DNA of 64,000 nucleotides from Camelus dromedarius (Eukaryota), in assembly GCF_036321535.1 (NCBI RefSeq), contig NC_087437.1, forward strand, positions 85,686,001 through 85,750,000, written 5' to 3'. The notes under the pieces are model-generated. The model had not been told where the DNA came from. It ran no database searches and was given only the letters and a program-made list of their open reading frames with translations. Below, piece after piece: positions 27,711 through 41,191 of the stretch (position 1 is the stretch's first letter; the number at the start of each line of letters is the position of its first letter). The translations under genes were made by a program, and so were the position numbers.

Positions 27711-29861
27711 TAGTTCTGTTAAAAATATATATTTCATATTATAAAAATACTTATACTATAATAATGATACTTATATTTATAATTTATAATGTGTATATCA
27801 TATTCACAATATAGTAATATTTAAATATAATATAAAATGTAAATAATATAGAGAAACAAAGAATCATGAAAAAGTGTGTATTAAATTTCAAATACAGAAA
27901 TGACTTTTTACTAATAAATGGCTATGAAAATATATTTCAATTTATCAAAGCCGATGTATTTTGCTTTACATAATGTTTATGGAAAGTACTACTCAGCTTT
28001 TTGGAAGTGTTATGGAAAAAGGTATTTCCTGCTTCCCCACATGCTGCCAGTCTTCTTTTTTCTTTTTCAAAATGTTGAGTTATTTCCTAAAAGTTTATAG
28101 AACAGGAGCATTTGGCTCAATGTCAACACATTTTATGTGAATTTAACAGAAGTAGATATTGTCAATTTTGAGTTAGAAAACACAAGCAAGAGAGTGGCTG
28201 AGTGATTTTCCCATGATCACTAATAGAATATTCTTGATGAGTAATATTATATAACTTTTTACAAATGTTGACAAAACTATTCCTGAGAAGTTTTGATTGT
28301 ATATTCTAGTCAAAATTGTCTCATCTTAGCTGATGAAAATGTGCATACAAATCCTTCCTAATGCATGCTAATTTTTGCCCTCATATGAGACCTGCAGCTG
28401 GTTTTCATAAGGGTTGCAAAAAGAATGGTTTGGGAATAGTTTTGCTGCCAATAGTGGAGCTAAAATGAGACTCATCTTTTCCTGTTCAACAACCCAGGCA
28501 TTTAATCCCAGTATAGTTGATGTTAAAGTAGACAAAGGGATGATCAGGACAGGGAAAAAGAAAACATAATATCCACTGACTCTATGAAATGTCAGTATCA
28601 CAAGGTACAGCATGAGGCCTTCAAAAGCAAATGATAAATGTGTACCTTTGTCAGGTCATTACGGGTATGGTCAAGGTCTCTCTGGTCATTTCTTTAAAAG
28701 TCAGTTTTCTTTTTAGAATGAAAGGTTGAAGAATCATCTTCTTCTTTGGGGAATTTTAAGAAAAGACTATTTTTTAAGGACGGTTACAGCAAAGTTTGCT
28801 CTGTCCCTAAGAGAATGTGTTACACACATTGCCAAAGTCTCATCTATCTATAAAATAATAATGTGACTATATATAATTATATGCATATAATGTGATAAGA
28901 TCAGAAAATTTTGTCATGGACAAAAAAGCATTGATGAATAGGCTTATAGAATCATAAATTCTAAGGGACAACTGTCAAAGTCATAAAAGAAAAGTGGAGA
29001 AATAATAATATAATTCTGTCAATAAATTGCACCTCTAGACAAGTTAACGCAGATAATCATCCAGATAAGTCAAGGCAAAGGATTATTCCTTTTAACTAAA
29101 AAATTAATAGAATTATTATCTCCCATTCCAATGTGTTGTTGCTAAAACTGGAATATATTTATTTTCATGACATTTGAGGTTAGGATGAAAGAAACAGAAA
29201 ACAGAAAAAAAAAATGAAGAATTTAAAAATTAAGCGTTTATCCCTGACCAAAATCTTTGTGATGGTGGCATAAAATGCAGGACCATTTTCACCACTACTC
29301 CATTAATCTATGTCAAAGCCCCTTCAACTATAACTTTTTTCTTCTTTTTATTGAAAATGAATACTGGCATTATAGAATCACTACTAAGATTGGGACAGAT
29401 GACTGAAATGAAAAATCCCTGCTTTGAGGGTGAAAAAAAGAATGTTCTCGGAGGTCTGAAATAAATTATTTGCTGAGGCTGTGTGTACATGGGCACAATG
29501 GTCTTTTCAGCAAGACAGAAAAGCTTGCCAGGCTCATAAACCTGAGGAAACAAAAGAGGAAAAACTAGCCCCCACCAAATCAAACAATGAATAATCTCTC
29601 TCTTTTTTGGAACAGAAATGTAATATGAATAACAATATTACATCTAAGAAGTGCATAAAAACCTGCTGCTAGCTTAGAGAATTGCATTCAATGACAGAGG
29701 TGTTTTTTGGGGTTTTTTTGTCTATATTTTACTGTTTGAGATAGTTGTAAAAATTGAAGTGATCAGAGACTTAACATTTCCAAGGCCTCCAAATGGCCAC
29801 GACTGAATTGTATTGGTATTAAAAGCATGGATATTCAAAAATATCCACACAGTGAGGAGTG

Positions 29862-30404
29862 TGTCAGGGCCCTCCAGCCAAAGACCACCCACAGTCTACC
29901 TGCAGTTGCCCAAGTCCCAGTGAGGCAGATCACACACCTGGGGAGCCATGAGTGTCGTGAGAGTGTTTTGGAGAGGGCTTATTACAGGACGTGTGCTTTG
30001 GGTAGATGATCTGGGGGGAGCCTCAAGGAAGCAGGAGTTCACTGTGGGGTGGATGACGTCAGGCAGCAGGGGTAGTTCTATCACTGCACATCTTCACTCA
30101 CCTTAACCAGACAGAGGGAATACTGGAATGAGGCTAAAGCTGGAGCGTGTAAAGAAGCAGGATCGCTCCTGTTACTTGGGAGCGGAGGGTATTGTGGGTG
30201 CAAAGGAGTAGAGGGTGCTAAGACAAAATCACGAAGCAGTGTCTTTTTTGTTTGTCCCTTCATCAGCATCACAGAATGGCCTTGTCCGACCTTGGTGCTC
30301 TGTGAGGTCATTCACATCCAGCAGCATCGGAGGACACCACCACGATCTAGCAGCTGTAAGTGCCAGGCCAGCTCCCAGCTGTCAAGGGAGATTTTTCATC
30401 CTCA
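29862..30404 (-). mobile_element. ERVL-type solo LTR (MER54/MER73/MER74/MER88 group)
   Basis: The reverse complement starts 'tgagg..aaaa..cccttgacagctgggagctggcctggcacttacagct' and contains 'gacaaggccattctgtga'. GC-richer block with TG...CA ends. Exact family uncertain. Confidence 0.7.
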
Positions 30405-30544
30405 GGTGTAATATTTAGTTGATCATAATAAATAAAAGTGGTTTGAAAAGCACATACACATACACACACATTAAGTGAATCATGGAATGGACTTTAAAAA
30501 ATAATTTTAAACACATTTTTTTAAAATTTTATAGAATCCTTACA

Positions 30545-30760
30545 TAGTGTATGCTTCAGATCAGGAACTTCACAAATACTTATTAATTCAGTCTTCATAA
30601 AGTAGGTATTATTTCTATCTCAATTTTAAATATCAGGAAACTGAGGCACAGAAAGATTAAGCACTTTGTCCAAAGATACACATCTAGTAGGTAGGAAAGT
30701 TGAAATTTAAACCCAGGCAGCTGACTTCAGAGTTTAAACTCCTTACTCCCATGCCGTGCT
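30545..30760 (-). mobile_element. MIR SINE
   Basis: 'ggaaactgaggcacagaaagattaagcactttgtccaaagatacacatctagtag...tttaaacccaggcagctgacttcagag'. Confidence 0.9.
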
Positions 30761-31844
30761 ATGATTAAAGCTAATTCTGCTCTTCAAGACTTTAATTTTC
30801 ACATTATGCATGTAGAATCATGAGGGGAAAATTAAGCCTACCTTATCACTAACCTACCCACAGTTTATTTCCCTTTGTCTGCCCATTCCCACCTCCTGCT
30901 CATTAGTGATGCTCTAAACCTTAACACACTTTGGAGTTGCTTGCTTAGGAACGAGAGTGCAGGCTACTCTGGGTTCAGTCACTGTACTAGCTGTTACTCA
31001 ACCCGCAGGGCTGATTACCTGCGACAGGCCAAGCAGAGGACAGAATGGAAAATGAGCAGAGATCAGCCTTGACCTAGACCCATTAGAACAAAAATCTGGA
31101 TTACCTAATTATTTCTACTTCTCAATTTTTGCTGGTTTTGTTTTAATTTAAGGTTTCAATACAGCTATTCTGCCTTACAATTAGATGACTATTTCTGTAC
31201 TTCCAAACTTCTGTGTAGCACTCAATAATATGTATTTATTCTATTTGAATTAACAAATAAAATTGAGCCCTGGGTGAAGAGCCTGTGCTACTGTTTCAAT
31301 GGCTGCTTCTGTATAGCCAGTCTATTGGCTCTGACCTTTGTGTGCCAATATTCTTATTTTTGCTAAAATTGCTTATTTATGAGCAATTATGATCTAAACA
31401 GCTTGCCCACCACAATGGTAATCCAATAAAGATCCCCTTAAATAAAATTTTAGATTCCTCATGTAGTAAGAACCACGCATTCTGGAAATACATGCATTTT
31501 ATGGGAAGAACGATGGCCCTTCAGGTTGCCGTACAACATCTGCAAGCTGCCTGCACCAGCTCGTGGCTTTGCCTTCCCCTCAGTTCTAATCACTGAGGTC
31601 TTTCACTGGCAGGTTCAGTTCATTGCAGTCCCTGTGACCATGGAATGAGGTATATTAATAATCTCCTCAGTTTTGTTCTGAAGGTCACATGTGGCCTGAA
31701 GCTTCTTTACCGATGTCTTTATAATGAGCACTAAAGATCCAAGTATACAATAAGTTGAATCTTCCTCTTCTTTTTTCATGTGGTCCCATTCCTATTACTG
31801 AGCTCCTAGAACTATGTTCCTTTAAATATTTGATTTATTTTTTC

Positions 31845-31995
31845 AAGTGAGTCCTTTATTGAAGGCTATGCTTATTATCAATCATTATAGACAACAACTA
31901 TATCTGAAATTTTTCCAGACACTAGAAATGAAACAGGAACAAAGCAAGTGAAAATCTCAATCCTTGTTGAGTTTACATTTTAGTGAGAGATTATA
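31845..31995 (-). mobile_element. L2 3' end (left part of a split element)
   Basis: 'tttattgaagg...ccagacactagaaat...gagtttacattttagtgagag'. Confidence 0.6.
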
Positions 31996-32009
31996 CTAAA
32001 CAAACTACT

Positions 32010-32315
32010 TAGAGTTGCAACTACTAAAACAAACAAACCCCAAAACATATAATGGCTCAAACAAAACAGAACTTTTCAAATATACATAGTCAAAACTGCT
32101 CCTCTGGGTCAGTGGAGGTAGGGCTATTTTGCTTGACACATCCATTTAACTTGTGCCTTTAAGATATTGCTGGGATACAATATCTAGCAGACAAAAAAAA
32201 ATAAATAAATGCAAAATCTTTGTACACCCTTATATTCCAAGGTCAGAAGTGGTATTCTTCACTTGCGCTTATATTCTATTGGCTAGAACAAATACAGCCC
32301 TTAGACGCAGGCATG
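32010..32315 (-). mobile_element. MaLR LTR fragment, MLT1J-like
   Basis: 'aacaaaccccaaaacatataatggctcaaac' and 'cagaagtggtattcttcactt..gcttatattctattggctagaac'. Confidence 0.7.
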
Positions 32316-33864
32316 CAGGGCTTCTGTGTCAGGTCCTGCACCTCAGGGGCCCATGCTCTCGGGCACCTTATTTGTGATTTTGTAAGTCTCCCAGATGTCT
32401 GGCACTGGCCTGGGACTGGCCAGGAGTCCTGTTTAAATAGGACGCCTGGATTGCAGACTAGGTCCTTTGTGGACTCTCATCTCCATTTCTCACCTTGGGT
32501 TACTCTGTGACCCTCTACCTCACATGTGGGGTCAACTAGATACTGCAGATAGCTCTAGGGTTTAAGTCTATGAGATCATTCTGAGATCCTGTGCGCACAT
32601 GTTGGTTTTAGAAAGGCAGCCTGATGAGCGAGTCACTCCCACTAGCTATTATGGTATTCATTTTCAGGGTTGCTTAAAATTAGAGTGCCTGAATTAGTTG
32701 GCATGCTGACGTTGGGAGACTCACTCGTGTTGGACATATGTTGACTTTGGAGATCAAGGCTACTTATGACTCATCCCACATTTTGGGTTTGAACCATGTG
32801 TATGAGCCCATGAATCAACTCTCTCTCAACCATCAGCTCTCACTGGTCTGCATTGTGACTCTGGTCCTGATTCTTGTTTGCAGCGACCAAAGATGGTAAG
32901 TGGTGCAAAAGGGGTCTTTGATTCTGTGAACCCCCTTCTGATAGTACCTAGTACCATATGTCAGGCCATTCTTTAGGAGAAACTACACCTATTTATTGCT
33001 CCACAGTGACAAAGGGTCCTCTGACTGTTCTTGCCGCCAAAAGATGTGGGGGGCACTGTGCTCATCCCAGTCTTACGCCATGCCAGAGGACAGATGGACA
33101 CTTCTCAGATAGATGTAACTGCTCTTCTTGTTCCACCCATCGGTCCCCTTATCTACCCTCTCCAATGATGATGGTATGTGGAAGTCGGTGATGTAATCGA
33201 CTTTCAAAGAGATCACATTCCAAGAGTATAGTGATTATGGCTTAAAGAGTCTAAGAGAAAATATGGTTAGAAAGGATACTATTATACTTTCATAACGGCA
33301 ACCTTAAAATGACCAGAAAATGAATCATCTTTCACACTATTCTGCATTCTCTGGATAATGCTTGCATTTGTGGTCATCACCAATGAAGCACAATAAGAAT
33401 TTCTGAGAAAGTCCTTGAAGGCTGGTAGTCTCAGACAGCATGATAAATAATGCAGTCTTGAGTGATGATGCAATCGGAATTAAATAAATGACATTAGAAA
33501 CATGCAGAGGGAGGAGGATATATATGGTTTAAATACAAACAGGTTCTAAAAAGCCATGGCATTGTTAGTAATAACACAGTTGCTACTTTTTTCTCACAAT
33601 GGGAGATAAGAAATTAGCCAAGAATGTCACATTTGGGAATAAAGAACCCAGAGAGGCTCCTTAATCTGAACAAGAAGAGATGGTGCATGGACACCGTCGA
33701 GATTCTTTGCACGCATTTATCGGATAATAAACCAATTCAGAAGTAACTGCTCTCTACTTATTATTCTACTGCTAAATTACCATACCTCACATGGGCCCAT
33801 GAATTCTTTAATACATTTTAAATCAAGTTGTTTAAATAAATGAGAGTCCCTAAAAATATTTTCC

Positions 33865-33960
33865 TGGATTCTCATACAATGACTAGAACTCATTCACATG
33901 GACACACCTAATTACAAGGGAGAAGGGAAAATAGAGTCTAGCTAGAAATCAAACAAGAAT
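33865..33960 (-). mobile_element. MaLR LTR fragment, MLT1J-like (distal part)
   Basis: 'ctagaactcattcacatggacacacctaattacaagggagaagggaaaatagagtctag'. Confidence 0.7.
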
Positions 33961-33970
33961 AGAAAGTATT

Positions 33971-33997
33971 TGTGTGTGTGTGTGCGTGCGTGTGTGT
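33971..33997. repeat. (TG)n microsatellite, interrupted
   Basis: Direct reading. Confidence 0.9.
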
Positions 33998-34029
33998 ATA
34001 TGCATGCACACAGCGAGCAATCCTGTCCC

Positions 34030-34130
34030 TGAGAGTCAGAATAAATAAGAATATGTAAGTTATCGAGTATATTAGAGTGTAAATTGTGCTATGGAGAAAA
34101 ACAAAGTTGAAATGAGAGGTAAGAATGTCT
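34030..34130 (-). mobile_element. L2 fragment (continuation of 31845-31995)
   Basis: 'tgtgctatggagaaaaacaaag' is the L2 segment that normally follows 'ttacattctagtgg'. Confidence 0.55.
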
Positions 34131-34249
34131 AAAACATGTTAGGCTCTTAACAGTGGCAACAAAACCATGTTCACCATATCACTAGTTTTGATCTTGATTT
34201 TGTGCATAAGGTATTACCTTCTCATCTCCATATAAATGTGTGTCTATTG

Positions 34250-34540
34250 TGAATTCTCCTCTTCTTTGCTTACCTAAGTTCAGCTCATTGTTTAAAGTCC
34301 AGATCAATTAGCATTTATTCAATCAAGCTCTCCCTTCTCACTGATCATTCCCTCCTGTAGCTTTTCTGAGCATTTTGTTCGTGCTTCAACTCTGCTGCCT
34401 TTCTCATTCTGCACTGTTACACTGAATAGTGCATGTTACTTGAAGGCAAGATCCATCACTTCTTTTCTTCTTTGAATCCCATAATGCTTATCACTGACTT
34501 AAGTATAGGAAGTCCTCTACAAATGCTTGTTGAATTGGCC
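34250..34540 (+). mobile_element. L2 3' fragment
   Basis: 'ttacttgaaggcaagatcc...tctttgaatccc...caaatgcttgttgaatt'. Confidence 0.6.
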
Positions 34541-37199
34541 TCTAGGCCTTTTCACCTTGGAAAGGTGGCAATAGCTCAGCTGTTAATAAGCAGTTGTATC
34601 TTAGGGAAATTTATACCATTGAGTTTGGGATGTTTTATTGTAAGGCATCAATTGTTTAGGATGAATTGATTTGAAATGTTCCTTAATTGTCAGGTACCAT
34701 GGGAATTAGCCAAGAAAAGTGATTTCTTATGCTTTGTTTTTCAAATACATTTGTATTTAGGATCAACTGAATGGGGAAAAAAAAAAACAGTAGTGGAAGA
34801 ATACAGCAATGATTTTTGTACAAACTTTTTTTTGATGGTTAGTACATAAAGATGTATTATCAGCCTGGCCCATTATTTTAAATCACTAAATATGCATTAA
34901 CATTTTAAGAAAATAATTTCTCCCTGTCTACCTACAAATAAAATCGCCACATTATTTATACAGGCATTTGAACCTTAATTCAGGGAATATTGATCTCAAA
35001 ATGCCAAAATGATCACAATTTTTACAAAAGCACTTAGAGATACAGGGATGGGGATGGAATCCCATATTGTGAATGAGGAAGAAATGTCAGATAAACAATT
35101 GAAAAGCTCATTTTCAAACCCTTTTGCCTAGACTGAGCATAGCAGCTGTGCCAGAGGCTTGAGGAACATAGAACAGCCAGAAATTCTGATTTTTTTTCTC
35201 TTTTCCTCATCTTTCCCCATGAACTGGTAAAAGGGAAGGGGCATCAGTACATACTGTGTTATTCCTGATGTCACAGGATACACAATAGCTGACCTAGAGG
35301 GAGGTTTTTCCCAAGACTGGACCTCCAGCGTCCAAGTTTATGGCACACTGCTCCACACTGGAATTTCTTGGTAAGTAAGTCACTGAGCATCCCTCAGATG
35401 CAGGAAATTGCGCTGCAACTGAAAGTGTCTGAGGGTTTCCTCACAGCAAAACACACAACCTCTTTACTCCTGGAACAGAACTTCTCTGAAACATTGAGAA
35501 TCTAATGATTGAAGACCAGTAACAGTCTAGTCCTTGGGTGAAATTAGATCACATCTAACAGGAGCACCATCTTTTCTATTGACTAACTTCTATATTTACT
35601 ACATTTTGCTTAAGTTGTTATTAATTATATTATTAATTTCTGCCTTGAAGGGGGAAATGACTAAAATATTACCACTCTATTCCTTTGTTTGATGGAGACT
35701 ATGAAATGCCTTTTTCTTTCTTTCATCTCATCCTTAAATTATTGGTCGTAACATGGCTACAAGGTGGGCACTGATGCCAACCTTCTTTATTACTTGGGAA
35801 TCCTATAATACTCCATACTCATTAGAATGTTTGCTATTCCAAATAGCAGTCAAAACTGGGTCTCACTGCTAACCTCTAAGCCCCTGCACTGTCCCTGCTT
35901 AACATTTGGTTTCTCAGCTTGGTGCTGTGTGCCTGGCATTTGTTTCTTTCCTTTTATAGCTATGTGACTTTTGTATGAATACCCAGAGACCTGTTAGCAA
36001 CAGACCTACTTTGAAAGAACAATGGAGTAAATAATTCACTTTAAATTCTTTATATCATACTCAGCATATAAGCTTAAGGTTGATGCAGAAGCAAAATCAC
36101 AGACAGGCACCTCTTTTGAATTTCATATTTATGAAAAATGAAGACTGTGGCTTAGTAGAGGTGGTCAAGTAGCTGGAACCTGAGAAAGGAGAGGGCTGTT
36201 TAAGAAGGTAGGATTAGGGGAGGACCTGAAGAAGATGCTGGTCAGTAGGAGTATGAGGCTGAATGAGACAAGGGTGTGGCTTTTAGGGCAGCAGTGGACT
36301 AGAGGAAGCTCAAGTTTACCTACAAAGTACCTACAGTTGCGCACAAGCTAGCAAGGACATGTGACCCTTAAAACTACATTTCCTGAGCTAAAAAAACAGA
36401 ACAGAAACAAAAACCTTTCAGAGTTAGATACGCCTTCATTTTTTTTAGTTGAAAGAAGATCAGTATACTACAGCAGAAATATTTACGGTAAGGAATATCA
36501 ATAACGAGCTAATGGGGATTTTACGTGCATATTTGTATGTATATAGTTTAACACAGGTTAGTTACTTTTTCAGAAAAAAAAAATCATAGCCTGGATCAGA
36601 TAGATTGTTTTGTCAGATTTGTGCTGTATTTACTTTCAAACATACCCTTTACCTGTAATTGTTACTGTAAGCTGGGCTTAGAAGTGCAGCATCATTTACT
36701 ATCTAATGAAAATATTTCCCCTTACTACATGATTACTTTTCAGTAATACTTCGGTGAGAAATTGTATCTACAAGTGCACTTCTGAAAGAGATTGTTAGTT
36801 CAACTGCATCTGTTTCATACTATGGACCTTTTTATCTGGAAACTCCTGAAGACAGATAAATTTGAAATACTGTTTACTATATTTCAATATTAATGTTATA
36901 TAGTTAAAATAAAGTATATTGCCAAATTCGCATGTCAGTTCTGTAGTCTTAACTCATACCAGTCTATTGTATCTATCTCCTATTTCTATATAGTATTAAA
37001 TGTGTAATTTTGTATGTTTTCCAAATAAAAGTCATAAATTTAATGCTTACTAAATCCATACTACTTTGTCTCCTAAATGCTTTAAAAATTATATGTATAT
37101 AAAACAATATATGTTTTATACATACAAACAATCCTCAACGTTACTGAATTTGTGTGGTTTTAAAGAGGATGAAAACAAACAGAAAAATGTATATATACA

Positions 37200-37941
37200 A
37201 TTTTGCATTCCCAATGGCAATGAATGAGAATTACCATTGCTTCCCACTCTTGCCAGCAGTTAGTGGTGTTAGTGTTTTGGATTTTAGTCATTCTAATAGG
37301 TGTGTTGTGGTATCTCAATTGTGTTTAAATTTTCAATTTCCTGATGGCATATGATGTTGAGTATCTTTTCATATGCTTATTTACCATCTGTATATCTCCT
37401 TTGGTGTGTTGTCTGTTCAGATCTTAGGTCATTTTTAAATTGGGTTGTTTCTTTTCTTGTTGAGTTTTAAAAGTTCTTTGTATATCTTGCATAACAGCCC
37501 TTTATCAAATTTCTTTTGTAAATGTTTTCTCCCAAACTTTGGCTTGTCTTCTCATTCTTAGAACGGTATCTTTTGCAGAGCAGATGTGTTAAATTTTAAT
37601 AAAGTCCAGCTTATCAATTCTTTCTTTTATGGATCATGCTTTTGGCATTGTATCTAAAAAGGTATCTCCATACCCAAGGTCATCTAGGGTTTCTCCAAGT
37701 GATCTTCCAAGAGTTTTATAGTTTTACATATTACATTTGGGTCTGTGATCCATTTTGAGTTAATTTTTGTAAGGGGTATTAAGATCTGTGTCCAAATTCA
37801 CTTTTTTGCATGTTGATGTCCAGTTGTTCCAGGATGTCAACATCAATGTTTTGCTGAAAAGATGATCATCAGTCCCTTGTACTGCCTTTGCTCTTCTGTC
37901 AAAGATCAGTTGATTATATTTATGTGGTTCTATTATTTCTG

Positions 37942-37996
<55 letters not shown>

Positions 37997-39430
37997 TATC
38001 TGTGCTTTCTATCTGTTCTATAGGCCTATTTGTCTACTCTTTAACCAGTATCACATTGTCTTGATTATTGTAGCTTTATGCTAAGTCTTAAAGTCTAGTA
38101 GCATCAGTCTTCCAACTTACTTCTTCTCCTCCAAAACTGTGGTGGCTATTTTGGGTCTTTTGCTTCCCTATATAAACTTTAGAATTAGTTTATCAGTATC
38201 CACAAAATAACCTGATCAAATTTTGATTGGAATTGCACTGAATCTATACATCTTATTGGGAAGAACTAACACTGAGTCTTTCCATCTATCAGAATGGGAC
38301 ATCTCTCCATTTATTTAGTTTTTCTTTGATATCTTTCATCAGAGTTTTGTAGTTTTCCTCCTATAGATCTTGTACATGTTTTGTTAGACTTATACCCAAG
38401 TATTTCATATTTTTGGTATGCATGTAAATAATAATGTGTTTTTAATTTCAAATTCCACTTGTTCATTACTGGAAAATGATTGATAGTTGTATGTTAACCT
38501 TATCTCCTGAAATCTTCTGTAATTGCTTATTATTTCTAGGAGTCATTTTGTTGATTCTTTTAAATTTTCTTTGTAGACAATCAGGTCATCTGAGAACAAA
38601 GAGTTTTATTTCTTCCTCCCAATCTGTATACCTTTTATTTCCATTTCCTTATTGTATTAGGCAGGACTTCCAATAGGATATTGAACAGCAGTGGTGACAA
38701 GGGACATTTTACCTTATCCCTCTTAGTGTGAAAACTTCAATTTTCTTACCATTAAGTATGATGTCAGCTGTAAGTATTTTGTAGCTGTTTTTTTTTTACC
38801 AAGTTAGTGAAGTCCCCTTCTATTCCTACTTTGCTAAGAGTTTTTATCATCAATGGGTGTTAGATTTTTTTGAAATGTTTTTTTCTGTATCTAATGATAT
38901 GACTGTATAATTTTTCTTTTTTAGACTTTTGAGGTAATGGATTGTATTGATTGATTTTTGAATGTTGAACCAACCCTGCATACTTGGTATAAATATCACT
39001 TGAGCACTGTGTATAATTTTTATATATGTTGTTGAATTTAATTTGCTACTGTTTTGTTGGGAATTTTTGCATCTATGTTCAATGAGAGAGATCGTTCTGT
39101 TGTTTTCTTGTAATGTCTTTGTTTTTGTTATTAGACTAATGCTGACTTCATAGAACAAGGTAAGGAGTATCCTCTGCTGAGATGACAGAAAGCTGGTATA
39201 ACTTCTCCCTTAAACGCTTGGTAGGATTCACTGTGAACCCATCTGGGCCTCGCTCTTTCTGTTTTGTTAGGTTATTAATTATTGATTCAATTTTATTAAT
39301 AGAACTAGACCCATTTAGATCATCAATTTCTTCTTGGGTGGGTTTTGGCAGACTATGATTGATCTATGTCATCCAGCTTATCATATTTATGAGCACAGAG
39401 TTAACTATAATATTCTTATTATCTTTTAAT
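37200..39430 (-). mobile_element. Old L1 (L1MB/L1MC-type) ORF2 fragment
   Basis: ORF 38850..39158 'FYEVSISLI.K...IIH..QV.FIPSMQGWFNIQKSIN.IH' is the L1 RT region. Extensive antisense L1 text throughout. Confidence 0.93.
37942..37995. repeat. (ATT)18 microsatellite inside L1
   Basis: Perfect trinucleotide run read directly. Confidence 0.97.
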
Positions 39431-40633
39431 TCATTCTATTTAACTGCTCAATTAGGATATTTTGGGGGGGTAATTGAGGCAACTATTAAAATCAATTAAT
39501 ATTGTTCCCTAATCTCATATTCCTTTCAAAATTGCCACAAATAAAAGCAGATCACACAAAAAATTTGATTCTGGAGCACTTAATCCCTTTCCTTACTTCC
39601 ATAAAGTGACAACAACATGAACACAGTATTAGTGTATTAAGAGTAGTCCTTACATCATTCATCAACAAGTATTCATATTTTCCTATTTGATGAAAGTCTG
39701 TGGCTAATAAATCTAAATCAGAGTCAGAAAATTAAGTTCTTGGATTCTCCCTTTGTCAGATTTCCCACAGAAAGGAAACGGCTAACCACCCTTCCCTATA
39801 GCTAAGCAGTGTTTTTAAAAATGACACAAGTGATCATAAAGGAAGGATGATTTTTTTTTCCTCACACACTTCATGTAATTCACTAAATGACACATACTTG
39901 ATAACCATAAACTTTTATAGAGCACCCTCTTTCATCGCCACAGTTTATACTGAATAGCTTAATGTTAAAATCACCTTTGCAAGAACTTTAAAAAAAATTC
40001 TTATGTAACAAAACAACGAGGTGTTTTTATAACACTGAATAATTTCCCTTGGCTTATTTTCATTTGTTTTCTGAGATACTTTTCTAGCCTTCTGTAGGGA
40101 GTATATTAAATAAAAATTTAGGTTATAGTTTCAGATCTTGTAGGTAGTGGCAATGTCTTAGGAAATAGTGAACAAAACTACTGGTCATGATTTCTTCCCC
40201 ACTGATGGGGTGACTCCAGGACAAGAGATAGAGAAATCAGGCACTGTCAGGGAGAAAACCAATAGTAATGCCATTAGAGAAAGCCATTTAGGGAAGTAAT
40301 ATTAAGACAATAAGCACTGATTATTTGGAACATTCCTATAGCTGGACTTCCAAGGATATTAAGTCTTTCATTACAACTTTTTCTTATATTAGCATGATTT
40401 TAGAGCTAAAGGAGTGAGACTATCACAATTATTCCCACAGCACGTGCATTCTCACATGTCCCCATCCACACACACCCACACATACACATATCACACACAT
40501 TCTGTATAGGTTTCTATCCATGTTCTCTTTGCTCCCCCTCAGGGAAGATCACTGACTGCCTTAATAAAACAAAACCTAGAGCCTCTGAGTTTAGCTATAG
40601 CCATGCAGGGAGAGAACTCTGGACCTTGCATAT

Positions 40634-40870
40634 CAGCACTGTTCAGTAGAATTTTCTGTGATGATGGAAATATTTTACGTATATAAATATACAAATTATA
40701 TTTATATATATAGCTCAGAACTGTAGCCACTAGATCCATGTGGCTCCTGAGTATGTGAAAGGTAGTTGAAAATGACAGAGAAATAGAATGCTTGGTTTTG
40801 TTTAATTATATTAATTTAAACTAAAATTTATAAAGTAGGGTGTTGCTAGCAGCGACGTACTGACAGAATG
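40634..40870. mobile_element. hAT-Charlie MITE, MER3-like
   Basis: 'cagcactgttcagtagaattttctgtgatgatggaaatatt...gtagccactag..catgtggct...ttaattatattaatttaaa'. Confidence 0.85.
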
Positions 40871-40944
40871 ATGCACGAACTCTAGACTTCCGTTCTTTAC
40901 GATTTCCCTGGGAGCCAGAGGCAAGTTCCTGCTTTATTGCTCTA

Positions 40945-41005
40945 TCAATGGGTACTTAACTCTAGCTGCGCATTATATTAGCTCAGGGAGTTTTTAAAAT
41001 ATCAA
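40945..41005. mobile_element. MER5A-like terminal fragment
   Basis: 'ctagctgcgcattatattagctcagggagtttttaaaa' resembles the MER5A start. Confidence 0.45.
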
Positions 41006-41191
41006 CTTTTTAGCATCACTTGATGATTTTATTGTGAATCCAAGTTTCAGAATAATTGCTGCAGCCCAAGTGTGGACTCACAAATCTTTCCTTATGTCTG
41101 TTAGTACTGGTACAACCATTTGAACTAGCAGCTATTCCAAATTTTGTGGTAACAGGATGAAAATAGGCCCAGAAGATACATCCATCACATT

